Origin: an uncultured Planctomycetaceae bacterium
GTDB taxonomy: Bacteria > Planctomycetota > Planctomycetia > Isosphaerales > Isosphaeraceae
Direction of reading: 5' to 3'
DNA: 64,000 nt
Assembly: GCA_963833985.1 (NCBI GenBank)
Contig: CAWIAD010000001.1
Location: forward strand, 128,001-192,000
The notes under the pieces were generated by a model, which was not told the DNA's origin, made no database searches, and saw nothing but the letters and a program-made list of their open reading frames with translations. Every line of letters starts with the position of its first letter. Position 1 is the first letter of the stretch. Positions 34,225 to 43,164 of this stretch are shown here, one piece after another. Both the position numbers and the translations under genes were made by a program.

Positions 34225-34500
34225 AGCAGATCCGCAGCAGGTTTTGGGCAGGATTGCAGTTCGCTTGCCCGGAGGCTGAGGGTTCTGCCTGGCCGCTCTC
34301 CTCGTGGGGTACGATTCCAATCGTGCCATTCCAGGTCCATCAGATCGAAGAAGTGACACGACCGGAATCGTACCCCACGAGGAGATCGACAGGTAACACG
34401 ATCGGGTATCGTGGCCCACAAAGAGCGGCCTCATAGTCATCCAGGATCGCATCAACCTGCTGAATGCTTCTCAAAGAACGATTGCGAACCTGCTTTAGTA
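34225..34500 (+). repeat. Dispersed ~240-280 bp repeat family B, copy 1, containing a 22-bp perfect inverted repeat
   Basis: TCTCCTCGTGGGGTACGATTCC (34297-34318) pairs with GGAATCGTACCCCACGAGGAGA (34364-34385); flanks match 47727-47959. Confidence 0.9.
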
Positions 34501-34859
34501 GCTCCCGAGCGGTCAGGCGGCGGGAAGGTGGTACCTCTCGCCGCCACTTTGCGCCGACGCCTTGACGCCGCTTGTCCAGAATCCGGCGGTCGACACATGC
34601 CTGTTTACCTACGGCGCCTCGCAGGTGCGAGGCGATGCAGTGGCGTGGAATCGAGGAGGTCCAGTGCCGAGATCGACCGATCGCGGACCGGCTCAACTGG
34701 CTCTTCGATAATGGCTCAGTTCCTGACCGCTGCTAACATTCATTCTCAATCGATCAGCCGTATGTTCATGCCATCATGGACGCGCAGCACGACCACAACG
34801 CGCCAAGGGTTGCCGTACGACGTTCAACCAGCGTTTCTCGTCTGGCGCACGCCCTGAGT

Positions 34860-36050
34860 TCAATCCAGCTCGCTGTCGCCGTGGCGCGGAGTTTCTGTCG
34901 GGGCAATGAAGACGCGGTGGCGGGGGAGTTTCTCGATCAGCGATGTGGGCTTGCCGAAATTGGTCGCGAGCACGTCGCGGGGATTGGCCGCGATCCACAT
35001 CGACAGGTCGATCGCTTCATAATGACCCGTGTTGAAGCCGATGAGCACGCGACAGCGCCTGGCGCCGAGGTTCTCGATGGAGTGGCCGTAACCCTGGGGG
35101 ATGTAGCCCACGTCACCCTGGTGCAGCGTTTCGATGCGATAGCGGCCGTGTGAGCCGAAGAGCGTGACGCTCACGTCGCCCTCGATCACGTATTGCCACT
35201 CACCGGAGGTGGGGTGCCAGTGCAGCTCGCGCAGGCCGCCGGGTTCCAGATCGAGGATCACGCCCGTGATGGTTTCTGAGATCGGGAACCGATCCGCGCC
35301 CACGCGCCATTCCCTGCCGCCCTTGTGAATGGAGTGCGGTTCCTGGGCCAGCATGCGGTAGCGATGCGAATGGGGCGGCGAACGCATGGGGCCCTGGTGG
35401 TTCGGGGGGATCGTCTCGGGTGGGACGGGCCCCCGTGCGAAATAGACCTCGCCCGTGGGGAAGCCCTGGAAGTCCGACTCGGGCACGCCGAGATTCTTGG
35501 CCAGCAGATGTTTTGGCGTGTGACCGAGCCAGTCGGTGATGCTGAAGGTACCGAACTCGGAGAAGTGGCCGTTGTCGAAGATGAGAATGAAGTGAGCCGG
35601 CGTGTTGCCCAGGCACTCGAGCATGTGGCCGTGACCGCGCGGAAAATACCAGATGTCGCCGGGATCGAAGTCGTTGGTCTCGGAGCGGCCTTGCGGGTCG
35701 ATCACGGTGGTGCGGACGCGGCCCTCGACCACGAACGCCCACTCCGCGGCCGTGGCGTGCCAGTGCAGCTCGCGCATCGCGCCGGGCTCCAGCCGCATCG
35801 ATACGCCGGCGATCCCCTTGGAGATTGGCAGTTGCTTGACCGTGGCCTCCTTGCCCGAGCTGCCGCCGATGACCTTCCCCTGCGACTTTTCCAGCTCGAA
35901 CTTGAACGTGGGCAGCTCGTCGCCGGCCAGCAGAGGATCGGGCAGGTTGTTCTTGAACGAGAACTCCTCGCCGGCCTCTGCCCGCGGCCCGGCCAGATTT
36001 GCCGCGGCCGCGGCCGCGCCCATGAACAATCTCCGCGAAACCTCCGACAT
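34860..36050 (-). CDS. oxdC: Mn bicupin, oxalate decarboxylase family, with Tat-like signal
   Basis: SRRLFMG; two RELHWH...EW...PxGxGH cupin motifs; lid FSEFGT. Confidence 0.85.
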   Translation of the reverse strand: MSEVSRRLFMGAAAAAANLAGPRAEAGEEFSFKNNLPDPLLAGDELPTFKFELEKSQGKVIGGSSGKEATVKQLPISKGIAGVSMRLEPGAMRELHWHATAAEWAFVVEGRVRTTVIDPQGRSETNDFDPGDIWYFPRGHGHMLECLGNTPAHFILIFDNGHFSEFGTFSITDWLGHTPKHLLAKNLGVPESDFQGFPTGEVYFARGPVPPETIPPNHQGPMRSPPHSHRYRMLAQEPHSIHKGGREWRVGADRFPISETITGVILDLEPGGLRELHWHPTSGEWQYVIEGDVSVTLFGSHGRYRIETLHQGDVGYIPQGYGHSIENLGARRCRVLIGFNTGHYEAIDLSMWIAANPRDVLATNFGKPTSLIEKLPRHRVFIAPTETPRHGDSELD

Positions 36051-36078
36051 GGTGCTGTTTCCCCTGGAGTTCAACGGC

Positions 36079-37206
36079 TCATTCCACCGCGACGCCCTCC
36101 TGGACGTGTTCCTCTGTTGATGTCGCGTGGCCGGTGATGAAGACCTCGATCGGCAGCGTGTGATGGACGACATAGCTGCCATGGCGCGGATTGTGGCGAT
36201 CAGGCTGCATCATGCCACCGTTGTCCTGCGCCCGCGAGCGGATCGTGTATCGGCCCGGTTCGTCCGGCGTCCACCAATCGAACGTCCATCGCCGCCAGGA
36301 GTGCAGCCGCGCGGGGTCGATGAACCGGGCCGGCGCCCACGACCGGCCCTCATTGGTACTGACAGACACCTCGGTGACCTCGAACTCGCCCGCCCACGCC
36401 GCGCCGGCGATCACGCACTGCGTTCCGCACGCGAGCGTGGCATACATCCCAGGACGGAAAATCTCCGATTTCACCGGCATGGCCCCGAGTGGCCGCCGGA
36501 CCGGATATCCGTCCACTTCGTCCCAGTACGCGTAGTCCGACGTCTGCCAGTATCCGCAGAACGGTTCTCGGACCGCGTGGATGCGGGTCAACCACTTCAC
36601 GGAAGCCATGGCGTAGTGCCCCGGGACAATTGCCCGAACCGGGTAGCCGTGTTCGGGAGAGAGGTCGCGCCCGTTCATCCGGTAGGCGATCAGCGTCTCG
36701 GAACTCGTGGCCTTGGCCCGCGGCAAGCTACGTGCATAGGTAATTTCACCGGCGGGCCTGGGCGTTTGCCTTGGCGTGCCTCGATCCGCGCCTTCGAGCA
36801 CAATTTCGCAAGCCTCATCCTCGAGGCTGGCCCGCTCCAGCAGCGCCGCCAGGGGCACTCCCGTCCACTCCGCGTTGCCGACGGCCCCCAGCTCCCACTG
36901 GACCCCTTCGGCCTGCGGTACCAGGAACACCCGGCTGTTTCCCGCACACTCGAGCAGCACCGTCCTCGACTCCGCCGGCATGCCGCGGAGGTCGTCAAAC
37001 GACAGCTCCAGCGGACGTCTGACCGCCCCGTCCACCCGCAGGCGATACCCTTCGCGCTGCGGCGCAGGCGTCGAGAAGTGGGAGCGTACGTAGAACAGCT
37101 CGGTGGGAGTGAGGAACGAGCTGAGCCGATCGACGGGAGTTTCCAGGTTGGCCGGCTCACGCTCGCGTACGATCATGCCGGCCGTGCAGGCGTCTGTATA
37201 ATTCAT
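36079..37206 (-). CDS. Sulfite-oxidase-family molybdopterin oxidoreductase
   Basis: NLETP; FYVRSH; LECAGNSR; HGYPVRAIVPG; SVKWL; C-terminal dimerisation domain. Confidence 0.92.
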   Translation of the reverse strand: MNYTDACTAGMIVREREPANLETPVDRLSSFLTPTELFYVRSHFSTPAPQREGYRLRVDGAVRRPLELSFDDLRGMPAESRTVLLECAGNSRVFLVPQAEGVQWELGAVGNAEWTGVPLAALLERASLEDEACEIVLEGADRGTPRQTPRPAGEITYARSLPRAKATSSETLIAYRMNGRDLSPEHGYPVRAIVPGHYAMASVKWLTRIHAVREPFCGYWQTSDYAYWDEVDGYPVRRPLGAMPVKSEIFRPGMYATLACGTQCVIAGAAWAGEFEVTEVSVSTNEGRSWAPARFIDPARLHSWRRWTFDWWTPDEPGRYTIRSRAQDNGGMMQPDRHNPRHGSYVVHHTLPIEVFITGHATSTEEHVQEGVAVE

Positions 37207-37430
37207 GAGAGGTTTCCCAGGATGCATTGATTCACGAGTTGATCGAATGATGAATCCTCTTCGCGGGCTCTCTGTCGATCCAGGTGCATTTTCCGGTCCC
37301 TGACCGATCGCCTTTTGTGGGAGCGAGCGGCCTGGTCGGCTGCGATCGCCACCAGGCTCGAGACAGAGGCGACTCGATCAGCAATCGGCCTGAAAGGCAG
37401 AGCGTCCAGGAAGGCCTCCTGGCACGCCCT

Positions 37431-37580
37431 TCACGATGCGTCGGCGGTCAAGGCCTCGTCCGGCACCTGCCACTTCCGCCAGAATACGAGATCCGCGATG
37501 CCAATCACCAGCCTGCCGGCAAGGTCAAGAGCCAGCGGCGTCACACCCAGCATGATCGACCAGTGCACGAGATCGTCCAT
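37431..37580 (-). CDS. Putative 49-aa membrane peptide (MDDLVHWSIMLGVTPLALDLAGRLVIGIADLVFWRKW...)
   Basis: GAAAGGA RBS; hydrophobic core; below the ORF-track size cut-off. Confidence 0.4.
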   Translation of the reverse strand: MDDLVHWSIMLGVTPLALDLAGRLVIGIADLVFWRKWQVPDEALTADAS

Positions 37581-38067
37581 TCTCGCGTCCTTTCGTCACC
37601 GAACTGTCCCGATGGCGACTGGGATCCGCCAGGCAAGGCGACAAGGGTACCCAGGTCCGGTTTCTACAGCGCCTGGCACGCGTGCTGCGGCCAGCGACTC
37701 CACGCTAGTAATGTCGGAGAAACGGTCTCCCAAACTGCTGCCAATCCCATTGATGAATTGCGGTCGGTGAGTCCCCGGCGGCACCTGAGCACATGCAACG
37801 GGGCAAGCTAAAATGCATGATGTGAACGGATGTATCAGTGCACAACTGCATGAGAGACGGGCAAGCCATCGCTCGGCGCCTTGTTCGATTTTGCAACAAT
37901 ATTCTCAAGATACTGCATCCGGGGACGAGAAGGTTATCGCTAATTCCTTCGGGGAAATCTCTCCCAGCGATTCTTTGCGCGTACATCTCCCCGGTCGCGC
38001 ACAATATAGCCAAAATTGACGATCATAATGCGTTTTTTGGCATTTCTATTGGTCTAGAAAGGCTTCC

Positions 38068-40443
38068 ATGAAATTCGCCCTGCGAGTGCTGCTGCTTGCA
38101 CTCTTTTGCGTGGTGATTGCCGTCTCGGCCGTGTCCCTGCTTGCCGGCTCTGGCTGGCTGAGAAAGCTTGCGGCCACGGGTTCTCAGCAAGCCGGGGCGT
38201 CGTCCGGGGAAGACTCGCAGGCCGAAACGCTCCCCGATCCGAACGCCCCGGGGACGTCGTCGCGCGTGTCTCTCACCGGTGTTCCGTTTGATTACGAGAT
38301 CTTCGGGGTGATGCTGACATACACCGGCAAGGTGCGGGATACGAGCTCCCTGGCCGAGGTGCGCGAGGCGGTGCGCGGACGTGGCCGGCGCGCACTGGCC
38401 GATCTCCGGGTGCAGTATGACCGGCTGCGCGTCAGTCCGTCGCCCACGTTCAACGAGGCGTTAACCGCCATGCGAATGCAGCGCGAACTGGCCTTTGCCT
38501 GCATGTTCGAGGGCAAGTTCGCCGAGGCCAGCTCCTGGCTCCAGCAGGCGCTGGCGCTGAGCCAGACCCGTGGTATGCCGTCGGAAACTCCGCGCGTCTT
38601 CCACGCGCTGCTGGGACTGGTGGCACTGCGGCAGGGTGAGATCGAGAACTGCCTGGAATGCGTGGGGCCTTCGAGCTGTATCTTCCCGCTTGAGCCGGGC
38701 GCCGTGCACCGCCAGCAAGCCGGTTCGCGTGAGGCGGTCAAGCAGTTCACGGCGTATCTCGAGGACGCTCCGGGCGACCTGAGAGCGCGCTGGCTCTTGA
38801 ATCTCGCTTACATGACGCTTGGCGAGTACCCCCGGCAGGTTCCCGCTTCGTACCTCATTCCGCTCGATCGATTCCGATCCAGGATCGACGTCGGCCGGTT
38901 CGAGAACGTCGCCACGGCGGCCGGGTTGACCGTACGCGGCCCGCGCCAGGCGGGCGGTAGCATCTTCGACGACTTCAACAACGACGGCTGGCCAGACCTT
39001 CTGGTCACGTCGATCGATACCGAGGAAGGCGCATCGCTCTTCATGAACAACGGCCACGGCGGATTTGAGGACCGCTCGTCGTGGGCGAACCTGGGCGATC
39101 AGATGTTCGTGCTCAATGTCGCCCATGCCGACTTCGACAACGACGGCAACATTGATATCTTCATGATGCGCGGGGCCTGGGAGAAATCCGCTCGGCCGTC
39201 GCTCTTGCGGAACAAGGGAGGCGGAGTCTTCGAGGACGTGACGATCGCCGCCGGCATGGCCGAGCCGATCTCCACCGAATCCGCCGCATGGGGCGATTAC
39301 GACAATGACGGCAAGGTCGATCTCTATGTTTGCGGCGAGTACACCGGCAAGACTCCGGACCCCCACGGCCACGCCCGGCTCTACCACAACCTGGGCGACG
39401 GCCGATTTGAGAACGTCGCCATGAAGGCCGGGCTGATCAACGATCACTGGTCCAAGGGTTGCGCCTGGGGCGATTATGATCGCGACGGCTGGCTCGACCT
39501 GCTGGTCACAAATCTGGACGGCTCATGCCGGCTCTTCCACAACGAGCAAAACGGCCGATTTCGTGACGCGGCCACAGAGACCGGGTTCGCCCAGAACCGG
39601 GTCGGCAAGCCATTCGCCTGCTGGTTCTGGGATTACGACAACGACGGCTGGCTCGACATGTTCATCAACGATTACGACTGCACGCTGGCCGAGACCGTGG
39701 CCGATTACATGGGCCTGAAACCCGCGCATCAGAGCCATCCCCACCTCTTCCGCAACCTGGAAGGGAAACGGTTCCAGGACGTCAGCGAGGAGGTCGGCCT
39801 GGTGCATCCCATCTCCGCGATGGGCGTGAACTTCGGCGACCTGGACAACGACGGGTTCCTCGACATCTACTTCGGCACCGGCTGGATGTCGTTCGATGGC
39901 CTGGTTCCAAACGTTCTGCTGAAGAACGTCGCGGGCCGCAGCTTCGAGGACGTGACCGACTCCTCGCGCACCGGCCACCTTCAAAAGGGCCACGGCATCT
40001 CCTGGGCCGACTACGACGGCGACGGCGACCTCGACCTCTTCGTGGAGCTGGGCGGCGGCTATCCCAGCGACGCGGGCTACAATGCCCTCTTCCAGAACCC
40101 CGGGCACGGGAAGCACTGGCTGAAGGTGAAGCTGGTGGGCGTTACATCCAACCGCTCGGCGCTCGGTGCCCGGATCGAGGCCCAGGTGAACAAGCCGGAC
40201 GGTGGTTCGGCCTCCATCGTCCGGGTCGTCGGCAACAACGGCAGCTTCGGCGGCAACCCGTTCACCCAGCACTTCGGTCTTGGCGATGGCAAGACGGTGA
40301 GCAAGCTGGTGGTCACCTGGCCGGCCAGCCACACCACGCAGACCTTCACGGATCTGCCCGCCGACCGGTCGATCGTGATCACGGAGGGCGTCGACAAGTA
40401 CATGACGCTCGACCAGAAGCCCGCCAGCCCGGAAAAACCATAG
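38068..40443 (+). CDS. CRTAC1-like FG-GAP repeat protein with ASPIC/UnbV domain
   Basis: Repeated D(F/Y)DNDGxxD motifs; NRSALGARIE; QHFGLG; N-terminal TM. Confidence 0.92.
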   Translation: MKFALRVLLLALFCVVIAVSAVSLLAGSGWLRKLAATGSQQAGASSGEDSQAETLPDPNAPGTSSRVSLTGVPFDYEIFGVMLTYTGKVRDTSSLAEVREAVRGRGRRALADLRVQYDRLRVSPSPTFNEALTAMRMQRELAFACMFEGKFAEASSWLQQALALSQTRGMPSETPRVFHALLGLVALRQGEIENCLECVGPSSCIFPLEPGAVHRQQAGSREAVKQFTAYLEDAPGDLRARWLLNLAYMTLGEYPRQVPASYLIPLDRFRSRIDVGRFENVATAAGLTVRGPRQAGGSIFDDFNNDGWPDLLVTSIDTEEGASLFMNNGHGGFEDRSSWANLGDQMFVLNVAHADFDNDGNIDIFMMRGAWEKSARPSLLRNKGGGVFEDVTIAAGMAEPISTESAAWGDYDNDGKVDLYVCGEYTGKTPDPHGHARLYHNLGDGRFENVAMKAGLINDHWSKGCAWGDYDRDGWLDLLVTNLDGSCRLFHNEQNGRFRDAATETGFAQNRVGKPFACWFWDYDNDGWLDMFINDYDCTLAETVADYMGLKPAHQSHPHLFRNLEGKRFQDVSEEVGLVHPISAMGVNFGDLDNDGFLDIYFGTGWMSFDGLVPNVLLKNVAGRSFEDVTDSSRTGHLQKGHGISWADYDGDGDLDLFVELGGGYPSDAGYNALFQNPGHGKHWLKVKLVGVTSNRSALGARIEAQVNKPDGGSASIVRVVGNNGSFGGNPFTQHFGLGDGKTVSKLVVTWPASHTTQTFTDLPADRSIVITEGVDKYMTLDQKPASPEKP

Positions 40444-40490
40444 GACGCAAACCCGGCGAACCGCGTCGGGTCCCACCGCTACCGGAGGCG

Positions 40491-40555
40491 AACTACTGGC
40501 ACATCTGCGTCGAAGGCCATGGCGTTGCCCGGGAAGAAGTCGAAGAAGTGCTGGC
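40491..40555 (+). pseudogene. Fragment of a duplicate copy of the BrnT-like toxin gene
   Basis: Matches 42101-42165 with 3 mismatches in 65 bp. Confidence 0.9.
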
Positions 40556-40566
40556 CTCGGCCACGA

Positions 40567-41001
40567 TCATGGCAGTCTTCCGATAGTGATGTCCGGGATA
40601 TCCGCCGGCTGGTTGTCGTTGGTCAGAAACACGTCACACCCAAACTCGATTGCTGTAGCGAGATGCAGGGCGTCGGCCAGCCCGTATCGCTTCGGGTGAG
40701 CGGGCGGAATCGCCGGGTATGCGTGGCCCCCCCGGATCGCGCTGGCCCGGGCGTACGTCGCGGCAGTCAGGCTCAGCGTCCGCAGATTCGGCCCGCTGAA
40801 GAACCGGAGAAAGTCCGACAGCCGATGGCCGCCGCCCGGGCCAAGGACGGGGACCAGACATTCCGTGAGGGTCAAGTCATTGATCGCGAAGCGATGGCCT
40901 GCCTGCTCAAGCGCGGCCAGGTGATTGAACGCACGTTGCTGGTCGGCCGGGTTGCCCTCGACCGCGTAGATGACGATCACGGTGTCCAGATAGTACAGCA
41001 C
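40567..41001 (-). CDS. vapC: VapC PIN-domain toxin
   Basis: YYLDTVIVIY...LTECL...LADALHLATA...FLTND. Confidence 0.92.
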   Translation of the reverse strand: MLYYLDTVIVIYAVEGNPADQQRAFNHLAALEQAGHRFAINDLTLTECLVPVLGPGGGHRLSDFLRFFSGPNLRTLSLTAATYARASAIRGGHAYPAIPPAHPKRYGLADALHLATAIEFGCDVFLTNDNQPADIPDITIGRLP

Positions 41002-41307
41002 TCATGGTCCCCCCGACGAGGACCCGCGGCGGGCGGCGTCCAGCTCCCGATCCCGCTCGGCGTCCTCGGCTTGCCGCGCATCATCTTCGGATCTCAAGTC
41101 TTCGGACGACCGGCCGGGGAAGCCGTGCGAGCGCTGTTGGGCCGCGATCTCCCGGATCACGTCCGCCAGGCCGCGTTGTGGCGCAACCGACGCGGCGATA
41201 CGGATCGTGACCCGTACGGGGCCGGGCGGCAGCCGCGGCTGGTGTGAGAGTCGCAGTTCACCGTTCGAGTCCAGCGTGGCGTCGATCGTCTCTTCGATGA
41301 CGTTCAT
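41002..41307 (-). CDS. Putative VapB-type antitoxin
   Basis: Directly abuts vapC; beta-rich N-terminus (IDATLDSNGELRL...LPPGPVRVTI) and acidic tail; GGAGG RBS. Confidence 0.7.
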   Translation of the reverse strand: MNVIEETIDATLDSNGELRLSHQPRLPPGPVRVTIRIAASVAPQRGLADVIREIAAQQRSHGFPGRSSEDLRSEDDARQAEDAERDRELDAARRGSSSGGP

Positions 41308-41412
41308 GGCAAGCCCTCCTTCAATCCATCGTAACCGCGACGTCCGGTGTCAGGAATGTCGTCCGCATGGAAACGCCCCTGACACCCAATTGCCACGCGG
41401 TCAGATGGGGTC

Positions 41413-41812
41413 GACCAGCCGGCCCTCACTCGCCTGGAAGACAGGCACAACAAGAACCCGACGCTGGACACGCTCTGGCGCTACGCCGCGGCGGTCGGGC
41501 GGCGGCTGGTCCTGAGCACCGAGATGATCCGCGACACGCGCTCATCGCAGGGCACAGCGAAGCAGGTCCGAGCAGGACAGGAGAAGTAGGCTGCACACCC
41601 GGAGCCACGCGCAATTCGGCCGCGGAAAGCCCGGGGCAACGGCTCCTCTTCCGAGTGCCGAACGACCAGGTCGGGTTGCCGGGGCGACTGAAAGCATTGT
41701 GAAAGTGCCATCGCGACGCCGGCACGAAGGTGTCGCGACGTCGGCGGGCCGGTTTGCACAGCTTGTTGAGTGGCGGGAATCGACAAGCGGGGATCCAGGA
41801 TTCGAACCTGGA
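41413..41812 (+). repeat. Degenerate direct repeat of 42610-43010 (antitoxin 3' end, spacer and tRNA-Gln 3' end)
   Basis: Near-identical sequence at an offset of ~1197-1198 bp. Confidence 0.95.
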
Positions 41813-41817
41813 TCCCC
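41789..41817 (-). other. tRNA-Gln-derived acceptor/T-arm minihelix (att-like)
   Basis: GGGGATCCAGG-TTCGAAT-CCTGGATCCCC perfect 11-bp stem. Confidence 0.75.
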
Positions 41818-42017
41818 TGCTGCTACGTCGTAATGGGGTGACACTGGCTTGACGTGGGAAAGTCAAGGATCGGAGACTACTGCCAACGCTGGTGGCCCCG
41901 TTCATCTTGTCGTCGTATTGCGGTCGCACGGGCAGTACTGTTGTCCGTGTGTTGCCAGATCGCCAAGCTCGCCTGCTTGACCGACACCGAAGTCGTTCTT
42001 GATCGTTCCACACCTGA

Positions 42018-42035
42018 CTTGTATCCTATTACAAG
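42018..42035. promoter_or_regulatory. Putative TA operator CTTGTA-N6-TACAAG overlapping the toxin RBS
   Basis: Perfect inverted repeat running into AAGGAGG upstream of ATG 42053. Confidence 0.55.
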
Positions 42036-42052
42036 GAGGGAGACAGATTGCC

Positions 42053-42352
42053 ATGGGTCGCCTGGCTTTCATCTGGGACCTGGAAGACGACCCGGACGGC
42101 AACTACTGGCACATCTGCGTCGAAGGCCATGGCGTTACCAGGGAAGAAGTCGAAGAGGTGCTGGCGGGGAGTTACGAGACCGCAACCAGGAGCCGGAGCA
42201 GTGGACAGCCTGAGGCGTTTGGTTGGACGGCCCGCGGCAAGTACCTCACGGTGGTTTTCGAGTGCGTCTCCGAGAATCCGTTGACAGTTTACCCCATCAC
42301 AGCGTACGAGGTCTCCCCGCCTGCTCCCAGAAAGCGGACAAAGAAACGATGA
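42053..42352 (+). CDS. BrnT/DUF4258-like toxin
   Basis: FIWD...NYWHI...HGVTREEVEEVL...GWTARGKYLTVVF...PITAY; ATGA overlap with the HTH gene. Confidence 0.75.
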   Translation: MGRLAFIWDLEDDPDGNYWHICVEGHGVTREEVEEVLAGSYETATRSRSSGQPEAFGWTARGKYLTVVFECVSENPLTVYPITAYEVSPPAPRKRTKKR

Positions 42353-42786
42353 GCGCTCACAAGGACAAAGGAGCCGCGGGTCGGCCCAAGGTCGAGTGGA
42401 CCGCCGAGGACCGGGCACGACACCAGGCCATCCGAGAAAAGTTCCGAGAATGGCACCCCTCCCCCGAGGAGATGATTGCGAGCGGCGAGTCGGCGAGCTT
42501 CGACCTCCATGTCGAGTATCGCGAACTGCGTCCGTTCGTTGAGGAGATGAAGCGGGCTCGAGAGGCGGCGGGGCTCACCCTGGCCGAGGTGTCCCGGCGT
42601 TGTGGCATTGACCAGCCTGCCCTCTCTCGCCTGGAAAACGGTCACAACAAGAACCCGACGCTGGACACGCTCTGGCGCTACGCCGCGGCGGTCGGGCGGC
42701 GCCTGGTCCTGAGCACCGAGATGATCCGCGACACGCGCCCATCGCAGGGCGCAGCGAAGCAGGTCCGAGCAGGACAGGACAAGTAG
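42349..42786 (+). CDS. XRE-family HTH antitoxin
   Basis: KRAREAAGLTLAEVSRRCGIDQPALSRLENGHNKNPTLDTLWRYA. Confidence 0.9.
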   Translation: MSAHKDKGAAGRPKVEWTAEDRARHQAIREKFREWHPSPEEMIASGESASFDLHVEYRELRPFVEEMKRAREAAGLTLAEVSRRCGIDQPALSRLENGHNKNPTLDTLWRYAAAVGRRLVLSTEMIRDTRPSQGAAKQVRAGQDK

Positions 42787-42984
42787 GCTGCTCACCCGGA
42801 GCCACGCGCAATTCGGCCGCGGACAGCCCGGTGCAACGCGTTCCTTTCCGGGTGCCGAACGACCAGGTCGGGTTGCCGGGGCGACTGAAAGTATTGTGAA
42901 AGTGCCATCGCGACGCCGGCACGAAGGTGTCGCGACGTCGGCGGGCCGGTTTGCACAGCTTGTTGACTGGTGGGAATTGACAAG

Positions 42985-43055
42985 CTGGGGATCTAGGATT
43001 CGAACCTAGACTAACTGATCCAGAGTCAGTCGTGCTACCGTTACACCAATCCCCA
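42985..43055 (-). tRNA. tRNA-Gln (anticodon CTG); CCA not encoded
   Basis: TGGGGATTGGTGTAACGGTAGCACGACTGACTCTGGATCAGTTAGTCTAGGTTCGAATCCTAGATCCCCAG folds as a cloverleaf. Confidence 0.97.
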
Positions 43056-43164
43056 AGAGATTCGATGGTGTTCAACCGATCTAGGATGATCGTACGCATT
43101 CCGGGCTGAGCTTGCAAGCCCGGACGGAAAGCGTTCGGTGTGTTGATGTTCAGACGCGGCTGGA

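Noticed and set aside
41787..41820. Second functional tRNA gene
   Set aside because: It lacks D and anticodon arms; reported as a minihelix instead.
40491..43055. Prophage or ICE at tRNA-Gln
   Set aside because: No integrase, phage or conjugation genes; only TA cassettes.
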